Source of the DNA: Octopus vulgaris
Lineage: Eukaryota
Direction: 5' to 3'
Assembly (NCBI GenBank): GCA_951406725.2
Contig: OX597815.1
Span: 130,758,001 to 130,822,000 of the forward strand
DNA: 64,000 nucleotides
Shown: positions 13,301 through 25,563 of the stretch, in pieces
Layout: every line of letters begins with the position of its first letter
How positions within the stretch are numbered: the first letter of the stretch is position 1
Made by a program: the position numbers and the translations under genes
The notes under the pieces: generated by a model
What the model was told of the DNA's origin: nothing
Databases searched by the model: none
What the model saw: the letters and a program-made list of their open reading frames with translations, nothing else

Positions 13301-15128
13301 TGTAAATAAATGTGCTAAAGTATTTTAGCCATTCATTATAAATTCTGCCATCTACTGTTCTGTTCATCTTTAACTTACTAAATAGGGGGCTCCATATACT
13401 TTGTCGTTCATTAAGAGCTAAAATATCCTGTAGTTGATTTTAGATGATTTTTCTCATCACAAATTGATTGTTTTTTTTTTTCATATATTAACCTTAAATA
13501 AGACATGATTTTTATTTATAGGCATTCAACTGTAGAAACTATGTCAAAGCAGATATTGGAGCATGACCCAGTTCTCTAACCTGTCAGATCCTGCTAAACC
13601 CTTCAATCCACATCAGTATTTAAGACAGACATTCAAAGATGATGATTATGATGAACTCAATGCAGAACTGAATTTTTACTTTTGAATTATCAGTATTATT
13701 GTTTATTTCAAAATAAATGTATTCAATATTTAAAAATCACATTTTTGATATCCTAAATAAAAGCTAAAATATCAATTTAAAAACTAATTTTTCTATATTA
13801 ACATGAGTGACGTACATTTCCAAAATTTGAATATTGTATGGTATTGGGACAACTGGTTGCTCTTCAGCCCCCATCTCAATCCTAATCAAGCAGTTTTACT
13901 GCTACTTTTAGCACATGGAGCAGCCATGTGGAGACTTAGATGTTAGCTCCAAAGGCAATTGGCTTTTTTTGGTTAGGTGCCTTTGCTAATATTAGGAACT
14001 CAATCATGGGAAGTGGAATATATTTGCCAGCTAGATAAACAGAGGTAACAGAATTATCTACTGTTGAAGGGATACAACACAATGACTATAGTTATAAAGT
14101 TCAAATCAACTACAACTCTGTGTGTGTGGCTACTACAAGGGACAGTGAGACAACAGACTGGCAGATTTAAAAGAGACAGTGACAGACTTTTAGGCCTTAA
14201 AAAAATAAATTAAAGAATATTTTATTTGTTCATGGTTGCACTAGAATCTTGATACTGTACTAAATAACCTCCCCCACTGAGAGAAAGAAGAGAGTGTACG
14301 CGAATTACACAACCAAATGCCAACGTAATTAACCATCTTCAAGCACCAGGTGGTGACAACGAGAATGACTGACCTATAAAAATAAATTATATTTACAGTT
14401 CTGAATCTCAGATATACTGGCCAACAACACTGCTCCAAACTAGCTGTAGTGGAACCATGTCAATTTCTAGGTCACAGTAGGTTGCATTAAGATATCAACA
14501 CCAAATAAGAAGTACTTAATGCATATCTTCTACAGTGTAACTATTTTTACTGTCAACTCAGTCTCAGATTAAATCACTTGCCAGGGCAAGTACCTCTGAA
14601 ACAGAACTATAGATTTAAAGAATTCAAACATTCAGTTTTCTCAGCTAGGCTCAGGTTAATGAATTTACGATAGTTGAAATGTCAGACATGAATGGTGAAA
14701 ATAGCTAGTACACTTTTAATTTCTAACAAATCAGAAATACTAGTGTAACAAGTTATACTGCTAAATTACAAGAGAGCTTCAATCAACAGAATGCAGAAGA
14801 CAGGGGAATCCTCTATGTCTATCAAGTGAAATTCCCCCTTCATTCATACTAGGATTTACACATTCAAAACTTTATATTATTCATACTATTACCTAAGATG
14901 ACATTTTTATTCTAAATAATAGCAACAAAAAAAAAATTACTTTTCACATGAATAACAAAATAAACTAACAAAAAACTTGTTGAACAAAAGTTACTTCTAA
15001 TCAAGAGATATTTTTCCTTATTTCTAGAGATACTTTTGTTAATGAACAAAACAGAGAAGGCAACTCTTGGAATAACAAAGCTTAAAAATAAACAGGAAAA
15101 TTATTTATCTAAATATAAGTTTACTTAC

Positions 15129-15270
15129 TGGGATTTGGTTGAAGTAAAGTCTCTGAGGAACGAAGCAGTTTTTCTGTCCATTGTCTTGTTTTCTCAGACC
15201 GTTGAAGTAAATTCTCAAAATGAGCATCTAATTCAGTCTTTTCCGCCTGACCAAGCTTTTCTTCAGTGTA
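15129..15270 (-). CDS. SH3GLB1: Endophilin-B internal coding exon, phase 0-1 (probable exon 2)
   Basis: Translates YTEEKLGQAEKTELDAHFENLLQRSEKTRQWTEKLLRSSETLLQPNP, matching endophilin B FTEEKLGQAEKTELDAHLENLL...LLQPNP. Acceptor TTTTTATTCTCAG, donor A|GTAAGT; 142 nt. Missed by the ORF track. Confidence 0.96.
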
Positions 15271-15880
15271 CTGAGAATAAAAACAGATAAAATGTTAATC
15301 CCAAAAGTGAAGGAATTATAAAATGTCATACAAATAAGCATAAACATATGTTATTCAGAAGTGGTTTTATTGATATAATAAACTCTCTGAAGAAAGAGAA
15401 ACATTTGAAAAGGTATCATTTCTATAACTAAATGAATAATATGGACAGAAATAGAATCTATTTCAGTCTTTGTTAAATTTAGAACTAATACCCTTCCTCC
15501 CCATCATCCCTACTGTCACCATAATTATCTTTACATCTTTTCTTTTATGATGGTATGGGTTGGACTGGACTTTTATAGGAAGTATTTTACAATCAGTTGC
15601 TCTTCCTGATGCCAACCATTTTAGTTGCTTCTCATAACACACTAAGATATAGTATAATTGATCTAAAAACTGGGAAACAGCTAGCACAAATAACACAAAA
15701 ATTACTTTTTAGAAAAAAAAAAACTGTAAATAAAACCAAGAATTTTGTTAAGATACTTATTTCATACCAATCAAGTACCAGCACTGATGTAATCGACTTT
15801 CTCCCCCCACCCTCAAAATCTGATGTAGTGTAGATAATGTGCCAGAGTGTTTACTCATCTGTCAAGTCACATAAAGGACC

Positions 15881-16230
15881 TCAGACAGATATTTTCCTTA
15901 ATCCTTTTGTTACCATATTTGTGTTGAGATGCTCTGTGTTTCTTTCAATAAATTTTAAATATAACAAAGAATTTAGTAAATAACTTAGTTATCATTAGGC
16001 TAATGTTAGGAACATAAATTGTGACTAAGGTTTGGTGGAAGATTTTAATTCAAAAATTTTCAAAGACCAAGGCATTTGTACTACAGAACGAGAGGCGGTT
16101 TCAGGCAGGTTGGTATCAAAAGGGTTAAAATGCATGCAGTACCTAGCAAAGCTGATTTTTGCATGACAAAAGTCTTGCACAATATTCCTAACTGTTTTAA
16201 GAATTCTTGAAATTTCAATGGGATCGACTC
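15881..16230 (-). mobile_element. C-terminal fragment of an R4/Dong-like (REL endonuclease) LINE, split by a MITE
   Basis: IPLKFQEFLKQLGI..MQKSALLGTACIL|MITE|RKISV*. Removing the MITE restores the QK.ALLGTA.ILRK terminus typical of this group. Confidence 0.55.
15902..16124 (+). mobile_element. piggyBac-type MITE family 1
   Basis: TTAA|TCCTTTTG...CAAAAGGG|TTAA; internal sequence matches 3605-3821. Confidence 0.85.
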
Positions 16231-18209
16231 ATTGTCTGATATGGGAGGTTGAGTCCACAGATCTTCCAAACCCTCCAAGACAGATAACAATTAGCAGGTT
16301 GGACTGGGATAAAGTTCTAGATGGTCACAGTTCTGGAGAGAAAGTGTTCAGAAGGAATTTTGGCATTTATCTTGGTAGAAAAGCAGTAGAGATGGAGAGA
16401 AAAGACAAGATACAACATGCTAATTTACAGCAACTAGAATCTTAATCCTCTGTTTGGCACCACGCATTGTTAAACTCATTAATCAAACTAATTCTCCAAT
16501 CAAGAATGGTCTTTTGAAATAGGCAGCATTCATACTCCCATGAAAATAAAACTAATCTTTGATATCTTAACAGAGGTCGATGACATTTTATTTGAAATGA
16601 CTGGAAGCTGAAGTGTTTCAGATTTTGGAATGGTTGTATATTTGCGACTACAAAGTGGAACAACTTTGAGATGAGATGAGATGTATCCTTTTAAATATCA
16701 TAATAGGGACTGGCATGGCTGGGTTGTTAAGAAGTTCACTTCACAACCACAGGAGTAAAGTGTCTTCTACACTAGTTTTGTGTCAACCAATGCCTTGAAA
16801 GTAAATTTAGAAGCTGTATGAAGCTGGTTGAATATGTGCAAGTATGTGTGAGCATGACATGCATATGAATGACTGCAAATGTAGTCAATTCTAGTTGACG
16901 TAATGACCAGTTGCTCTGTACTTTCAAAGGTCCCTGGAGGTCTATTACATGAGGACCTCCAAACAGGTGAAGGTTGACAACAAATCCTGCCTGAAATAGC
17001 ACCCTGTTCAACAAATGCTAGTATAGAAAGATGTACAGTAGCTGACTGAATGAATACAGTTTAACAAATATGTCATGAATACTTGGAAAATATCCAAAAA
17101 TTTTTATATACATCCATAAACAAGCGATTATAAGCAATGGATTTCTGTGGAAGTGGAATTCATATTTAATGTAAAAATAATCCAGTCTTATGATAAATTG
17201 CTGCTCATTATATAATTATCAGCTTATTAAGGCATCAGATGTTCACTCTGATGCTGATGAATCCACTACAGTCAACACGCAATCAAGATCATTATGTTTT
17301 GCTCCAAGCAACATTTTGTTTTCCTCTTACATTAACTTCCATCCCTCATTTTTGTCACAAGGATATTTAAAAGGCCTTCTTGAGATTTTTAACTCAGAGT
17401 AGAGCACCAAACATGGGATAAGGAATGCACAAGTCAAAGTGTTGCTTTGACAGTTTCTGACATTAAAAGAAACATCAACATAACAGTACCCCTTGACTGG
17501 CCCCCATGCCAATGGCACATAAAAGGTACTACCTGAACATGGTCAATGCCAGGCCTGCCTGACTGGCTGGCTCCTACGCTGGTGTCACGTAAAAAGGACA
17601 CTCATTGTATTCTTTGAGTGGTTGGTGTTAGGAGGGGGCATCCAGCTGTAGAAACACTGCCAGATCAGATTGGAGCCAGGTACAGCCACTGGCTCTCCAG
17701 ACCTCAGTCAAACCATCCAATCCATGCCAGCATGGAAAATGGACGTTAAACGATGATGATGATGATGAACAGAAGATCAGAAGGCCTTAAATGGTGTGTA
17801 ATATATTCTATGTGAAGACTTATTTTATAACCATTTCAGTTACAGAAAATATGGGATGAGTATGTATTTACTCATAGGTGATCTTTTCTTTGAATTTTAG
17901 ATGATGATGATGAATAATGATTAATAATAATAAATAATAACAGCAAACTCTCAAACAAGCACAAGGCTAGAAATTTGGGGAAAGGAATAGTCAGCAATTT
18001 TGAAAGAAGTGGGTTAGTCAATTACATTAACAAACCTGAATACTTGACTGTCATTTTATTTTATTGACCCCAAATGTATGAAAAGCAAAGTTGACTTTAG
18101 CAGGATTTGAACTCATTATGTAAAGAGTCAGCAGATATATAACAAAATAGCTTGTCTGATTCTCTACAAATTCTGCCAACCTACCACCCAACAACAATAA
18201 TAATAATTC

Positions 18210-18725
18210 GAGTGCTGGGCCTTTTGGAGGCAAAGTGGCTGAGTTCCTTTCAAGCGCTGGTCCTCACAGAGGCAAAGTGGCTGAGTTCCTTTTGAGCATT
18301 GAGCCTCATGGAGGCAAAGTGGCTGATTTTCTTTCAAGCATTGAGCCTCATGGAGGCAAAGTGGTTGATTTTCTTTCAAGCATTGGGCCTCACGGATGCA
18401 TAGCGGCTGAGTTCCTTTAAAGCATTGGGCCTCATGGAGGCAATGACTGAGACCTTTGACATTATGTCATGCTTGAGAAGAAGACCCATCAAGCCGAGCA
18501 AAATCGCAGTCATGGCTAATACTGGTGTCATGCAAATGGCACCCATATTGGTGGCACGTAAAATCACCCATTACACTTTTGGAGTGGTTGGCATTAGGAA
18601 GGGCATCCAGCCATAGAAAAAAATGCCAAATCAGACTGGAGTCTGGTGCAGCCTTCCAACTTGCCAGCCCTGGTCAAACTGTCCAACTCATGCCAGTATG
18701 GACAACAGACATTAAATGATGATGT
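18210..18725 (+). mobile_element. RTE-tail element preceded by 42-bp minisatellite (about 6 units)
   Basis: Same unit and tail as 1318-1950. A third relative lies at 8195-8728. Confidence 0.88.
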
Positions 18726-20884
18726 TCCTGCTTCTTAAATAAAAACTGTTTCCAACAATCCTCTCTACATAGGCACAAGGCCTGAAATTTTGGGGGAAGA
18801 GTAAGTCAATTACATCAACCTCAGTGCTTAACTGGTACTCATTTTATTGACCCTGGTGGAATTTGAACTCAGAACGTAAAGATGTAAGAAATGCTGCTCA
18901 GGATTTTGTCTGGCATGCTAATGATTCTGCCAGCTTGCTGCTTTCACAATTGGTTCTAATAGAAATATTTCTAAAAATATTTCTTGTATATTACAGAAAA
19001 AAATTTTTTTTAATAAATAAAGTTGTTAAATTCCAGCTAGAACTAAAGTTTTTCTTTAAAGTATTAAATTGAAATATACTTTTAAATTTATGGACATAAG
19101 CAGGGATCCTGGAAAAGTGAACCCTGCCATTGACACTGTATTGAAACATTATCAGAAACACTTATGTCTCAATTGCTTTTGTCTAACTGAATAGAACAAT
19201 AACGCACTGATTATATCTCAATGATGGCAACACCCACAGCATTGTTATTAAGTGACTAGTGTGCTTTGTTAGCTTACAGTGCTGAGATCAATTTATTTTT
19301 AGATCATCATTTTATGCCCTCTTTTCAAAGCTGGCATGGTTTGAACAGGTCATCACAATCCCAAGTCATTTCTTACAGGGAGCTACTGTTCTCATAGACC
19401 AGTGTCATTTGATTTGGTTTCTATGGTCGGGTGCCCTTCTAATTGATTGTCAAATGGCTACATAGCAGCTCACATTTCTGAAGAGGTGGGGGTGATTGGG
19501 ATGGAGTAGAGAAAAAATATAAACAGAGGTAATAAGGTGTATGTGTGGCTTCTCAGAGTATGAGGTGAGTAGAAGTGAATGGGGACAAAAGAACTGGGTG
19601 TGTGGATAAGAAGAGGTTGGAATTTTATTAAATTACCCCCAAATTATTAATTAGTTCCAAAGGAAAGTAAATGAAAAAAAAAAAAAAAGAAAAGGGCAGT
19701 GTATTTTGTTAGAAATATGTTCATGAAATTGTTAACATCTTAATTCAGAGATGTAGTTTTGTTTCAAAGAAGCGAAGATGGAAAGAACAATCTTTCTTGG
19801 CACTATTTTTGTTATATTATGAATGTAAGGTTTCAAGAAAAAAGTAATTGAAATGATTTGAAATCTGTATCCAAGTGAGGCTCTTATAATAGGAAGCCAC
19901 TAATGTGTACAATAACAATGTTTTTACAGTTACATTTTTTCTATGTTTCATGAAAACCATACTCAAGATAAATATATACATATCAGTTTGTATCAGCCAT
20001 GACAGAAAGAAAATTAATTGAAAAAAAATTAGAGAACATACAAATATAAAGCAAAATCAACCTTAAAAAAAAAAAAAAAAAAAAAAAAACACCCAAAACT
20101 CCTATATTAATTTAAAGCAAATTTTGTAATGTAAAAAGCTTTCTTACATCATGAATGTAAATGTAATTTTATTTTGTTCATACCAAAAAGAAAATGCATT
20201 TTTCTATCCTCTGATATATAAAACATTGATATACACATATAACCACTTTGCTTTCATGATTTAAATAAGAGCATAAAATCAGAGTAGTGACAAAGGTTTT
20301 AAGCGTTACACACACACACATCTGTTTTAAGTGTTTAATATAAGATATTTAAGAAATAACTAAATTGTATAACTGCCATAAGTTTCAGTATTGTAGAGTA
20401 GTGTTGAATTCTTGCTGGTTTAAATTTTGCTAGCATGTTTTCTAATTCCCAGTTCATAAAATTAATTCTTTTCCACTTTGGTTAATGTCTTAGAGATAGA
20501 TAAATGGCATGTCTAAAATCTTTAATTTTATTATAAAAATACATATGTGAGAAATCAGTAAATAAAAATGAGTGACGTAAATTATATCTCCATTTATAAT
20601 TTATCTGTTGACTGAGATAATTTTTGATATTCAAAAACCATCAAGTCTTTAGAATTAACAAATCTTCAATGCAGGATTCCAAAAGTAAATTAATAAAACA
20701 TTAAATCAAATTATATAAAAATGTTAATACTATACAATATAGTGTTGCTATCTACTGATGAAAACTCCACCCTATTTAAACTAGCTCCACATCAACCTAA
20801 GCAAATGCATAGTACAGCTATTCTCTTTTATCACAGGTATTTGGTTAAAAAAAAAAATGGAAAACACCATGGAAATTGTAGTTG

Positions 20885-21240
20885 TGACCGATGCCATTAC
20901 CACCTGACTGACTCCCATGCTAGTGGCATGCAATAAGCACCATTCATGCATGTCCTGCTGCCAGTGCCACCTGAATGGCTCCCCATGCCTGTGGCACGTA
21001 AAAAGCACCATCCAAACATGGTTGATGCCAGCCCCGCTGCCCCAACCGGCTCCTGTGCCAGTAGCACATAAAAAGCACCCACTACACTCTCAAAGTGGTT
21101 GACGTTAGGGAAAGGTATCCAGCTGTAGAAACATTGCCAGATCAGATTGGAGCCTGGTGTGGCCTTCAAGCTTGCCAATCCTCAGTCAAACCATCCAACC
21201 CATGCCAACATGAAAAACGGACGTTAAACGATGATGATGA
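20885..21240 (+). mobile_element. RTE-tail short element (representative of about 20 copies)
   Basis: Matches 43620-43803. Other copies (approximate): 283-600(-), 4650-4862(-), 5283-5480(-), 7330-7540(+), 17485-17767(+), 19303-19442(-), 22688-23078(-), 47805-47897(+), 49110-49240(-), 51370-51575(+), 52160-52395(-), 54998-55146(+), 55700-55885(-), 62359-62555(-). Confidence 0.88.
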
Positions 21241-22073
21241 CTATGTTAAATGAATCAGTGATAAATGAATAACAGAGCATATAATAAAAATAGGCTTTGT
21301 TCTGAGGTCTCTAAGTTCTGAGAATCGTGGATGGTTGTTGGGGTGGGCTTTTGCAGGCAAAGCAGAATCTTTAACTGATTGCCACACCATGTTGACCAAT
21401 TTGTGAAAAGTACAACTTGACTTGCATTTAGTGTACCATGTTACCTGGATCAATGATTAATGAATTGCTGATAAATTGCTTTATTAGTCACAATTTCCAT
21501 AACATATTCATAACTGAACTATAGTCATAAAACTAAAGTAACAGAGCAGTGGAGATCAAATCATGGATGATTAGTAAAAATTTAAAGAATTATTCAACCA
21601 ATTTAAAAAAAAAAAAATTGCACTTTTTATATCCAACTGCTTTCACATGCTAGATCAATATATATTTTTCTTTTTTTAAACTTTTAATTGCAATTCAACT
21701 GTTTTCAAAAATGGTTAATTCTAGGATCATTATCTTTTTGATTACCTGATTTCAATATTTCTGTATGTATGACTGCTAACCTTTTAGATTTCTGTCTCTT
21801 TTCTTAATTAGTTGTAAAAAAAAAATACCAAAATATATATCTTTTATTTGAAACTGCATTAATCTAAAGTATAATTTTGTAATTTAGATGACAAAATAAC
21901 TGCCTTTCTATAAGTTTCAGCACTGATATGGGAATAATATTAAGAAAATTGCTTTGTGACAACTGTGGTTCCAGGTGTGATTCCACAGCACCTTGGGTGT
22001 CTTCTACAACAAATTTAAACTGACCTACACCTTGAGAGTAGAATTTGGAAGATGGAAACTTTATACATTGGTC

Positions 22074-22114
<41 letters not shown>

Positions 22115-22482
22115 GGCAGGTGTGGATGTGTTGTTAAGAAATTTGCTTCTCAACCACCATATAGTGTTGAGTTCAATCCTACTGAAGGTGGTACCTTGGG
22201 CAAGTGTCTTCTACTACAGCTCTGGATGGACCAAAGCCATGTGAGTGGATTTGGTAGACAGAAATTGGAAAAAGTTCATCGTATATATATGTGTGTATGT
22301 TTGCACTGCCTTGTCTTGACATCATATAACTTGCCCTCCATATTGCCAACTCTCACCCATTTTCAAGCAAGGTAATATTTCCCCATGGCCAAACATATTC
22401 TCACAGAAAATTGGAAATGGAGGGCATGGAAAAGAGGATGTCAAAACAACAATAATGGTATGATGCTGTAAGTGTGTGTGTG

Positions 22483-22521
<39 letters not shown>

Positions 22522-23123
22522 TTTTTACCAATGTAAATAACTGAAGGATATATATCTACATCGGTAGATTATTTTTTAATACAAACCATGACATAACATT
22601 TCTATTCTGTTGTTACTTGTACCCTAAGAGTATAGTGTGCCTGCATACCCACGCCCAGGGATAGCACAGGTAACTGATACCAATAGTCATCATCATCATC
22701 ATCGTTTTACGTCCGCTTTCCATACTGGCATGGGTTGGATGGTTTGACTGAGGACTGGTGAGCCAGAGGCTGCACCAGGCTCAATCTGATCTGGCAAAGT
22801 TTCTACAAATGGATGCCCTTCCTAACGCCAACCACTCCAAGACTAGTGGATGCTTTTATGTGCCACTGGCACAAGGGCCAGTAAGGCAGTTCTGGCAACA
22901 ACCACGCTCAAAAGGTGTTTTACATGCTACCTGCACAGGAGCCAATCCGGTGGCACTGGCAACGACCACGCTCGAATGTTGCTTTTCATGTACCACCAGC
23001 ACGTGCTGGTAAAGCAATGCTGGCAACAATCACGCTCAAATGTTGCTTTTCACATGTCACTGGCACAGGAGCCACAGATACTTTTATCCCTTAGTCAGTT
23101 ACTACAACCGCTAACTTTACTTA

Positions 23124-23165
<42 letters not shown>

Positions 23166-23177
23166 GTACATACTTGA

Positions 23178-24139
23178 CAGAGTGTAAGTACCTTGAGAGA
23201 AAAGTTGGACCTAAGAAGCATCAGTTGTGGTGTGCAAGAGAGATGATTGTGCTGGTATGGTCATGTGGCAAGAATGGATGAAGATAGCTGTGTGAAAGAG
23301 TGCCACACCCTAGCAGTTGAGCGAACCTGTGGAAGAGGTAGACCTAGGAAAACCTGGGACGAGGTGGTGAAGCATGATCTTCGAACATTAGGCCTCACCG
23401 AGGCAATGACTAGCGACCGAGACCTTTGGAAATATGCTGTGCATGAGAAGACCCGGCAGGACAAGTGAAACCATAACCCATGGCCTTTACCAGGATGTAG
23501 CTAGCCCATTTATGCATACCTTTCCTTCTTTGGACACAAAACTCTGCTTGCAAAGGCCTGTTGAGGCAAGCAAAATCGAAATTGAATTCGAAATCGAACC
23601 AAATTCGTCGACTGGCACCCATGCCAACCTCCCTTCACTGGACACTAAATTCTACCTGCAAAGACCTGTTGGAGCAAGTGAAATCGAAATTGAACCAAAT
23701 TCGATGACTGGCACCCATGCCAGTGGAGTGCTAACAGCTTCATCCAAGCGGGATCACTGCCAGAGCAGCTGTCTGGCACATAAAGTGCACCATTTGAGTG
23801 TGATCATTGTCAGCGTCGCCTGACTGGCACATGAACAAAACACTTGAGCGAGGTCGTTGCCAGTGCTGCTGGACTGACTCCTGTTCAGGTGGTACATAAG
23901 AAACGCCATTTTTGAGCATGGCCGTTGCCAGTACCACCAGACTGGCCCTCGTGCCGGTGGCACGTAAAAGCACCCACTACACTCTTGGAGTGGTTGGCGT
24001 TAGGAAGGGCATGCAGCTGTAGAAACTCTGCCAGATCAGATTGGAGCCTGGCGCAGCCATCTGGTTCGCCAGTCCTCAGTGAAATCGTCCAACCCATGCT
24101 AGCATGGAAAGCGGACATTAAACGATGATGATGATGCTG

Positions 24140-24142
<3 letters not shown>
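23178..24142 (+). mobile_element. 5'-truncated RTE LINE copy (ORF C-terminus plus single 3'UTR)
   Basis: WYGHVARMDEDSCVKECHTLAVERTCGRGRPRKTWDEVVKHDLRTLGL... is nearly identical to the end of the 41.4-41.58 kb ORF. Ends in the shared tail and (ATG)n; (TA)n on both sides. Confidence 0.92.
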
Positions 24143-24198
<56 letters not shown>

Positions 24199-25117
24199 GT
24201 AGGAAATTGAAAAACAAAAGAAAACAGTGTTTTATGAATTAAGTGTTTTGAGGTACTTATGTCCGTATTGAGTTTCACAAACTTGCTTGTCACCCCCACT
24301 CTCAAAAATTTAGCCAACCAGTGATTAATTAGCCTGTAGGAAATCTGCAACTAACCATGACATTGTTCACAATGCTGGATATCAAATGAAAGCTAAATAA
24401 GTATTCCCTCTTGCCAGAAAGTTTTCAGAACTTCATTTGAAAGAATAAAACTGATAATGATTCCCTGCTGCAAACAGCACTTTATATGGATTCATTATTA
24501 ATATCAGCTCTTAAAAGAACATGAAAAATATATTGAAGCAACAAAATTTCCAGGAGCCATTTCAGTGTTTCACTAACATGCTAAGATTAGTTTTTTTTGT
24601 TTAATGAATATAGAAAATAAATAATTGATTTCAAGAATTCATAAAATACTAAATGTTCAATTATGCTATGGTGATATGCAGCCATTAATATTAGAATATA
24701 ATAATGTTTCTATGCCAACTACAGGTAACAGACAAAGATAGAGGAAAAGATAATGCAACAGTACTTTACAGATGAAAGTTAGACATATAACACTATGTAC
24801 AAAAATATAAAAGATTATTGTCAGTGAAAGCATTTTATCATTAACATTAGTTTTAAGTTTTCCATAACAGTGAAATGAAGAAATTTTAACATATACAGAA
24901 ATAATGTGGATAGGAGAAAAAACAATCACTTTAAAATCATTGAGGGTATAATGTAATATCGTGTTAATATTGCCAGAATATGTTAAATTTCTATTTAGAT
25001 TTTTATGTAAGTACAATCACTCTACACTACATAGAAGAAAATGTAACCAAATGTAACCAGTCTCTTACATTACAGAAAAGAAGAGAACTTTAATGATTTA
25101 AAGTAAAATATTACTAG

Positions 25118-25280
25118 AGGCGCAGGAGTGGCTGTGTGGTAAGTAGCTTGATTACCAACCACATGGTTCCGGGTTCAGTCCCACTGCGTGGCACCTTGGG
25201 CAAGTGTCTTCTACTATAGCCTCGGGCCGACCAAAGCCTTGTGAGTGGATTTGGTAGACGGAAACTGAAAGAAGCCCGTC

Positions 25281-25360
<80 letters not shown>

Positions 25361-25563
25361 GTGTGTGTGTCTGTCCTCCTAGTATTGCTTGACAACCGAT
25401 GCTGGTGTGTTTATGTCCCCGTCACTTAGCGGTTCGGCAAAAGAGACCGATAGAATAAGTACTGGGCTTACAAAGAATAAGTCCCGGGTCGAGTTGCTCG
25501 ATTAAAGGTGGTGCTCCAGCATGGCCGCAGTCAAATGACTGAAACAAGTAAAAGAGTAAAGAG
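25118..25563 (+). mobile_element. tRNA-derived SINE family A (best-preserved copy), CORE-like box and central (TA)n/(TG)n
   Basis: A box TGGCTGTGTGG (25129), B box GGTTCAGTCCC (25172), CCTTGGGCAAGTGTCTT, tail AAACAAGTAAAAGAGTAAAGAG. CpGs retained. Confidence 0.9.

Noticed and set aside
25118-25190. tRNA gene-like A/B boxes here and in other SINE heads
   Set aside because: No complete cloverleaf; they continue into SINE bodies.
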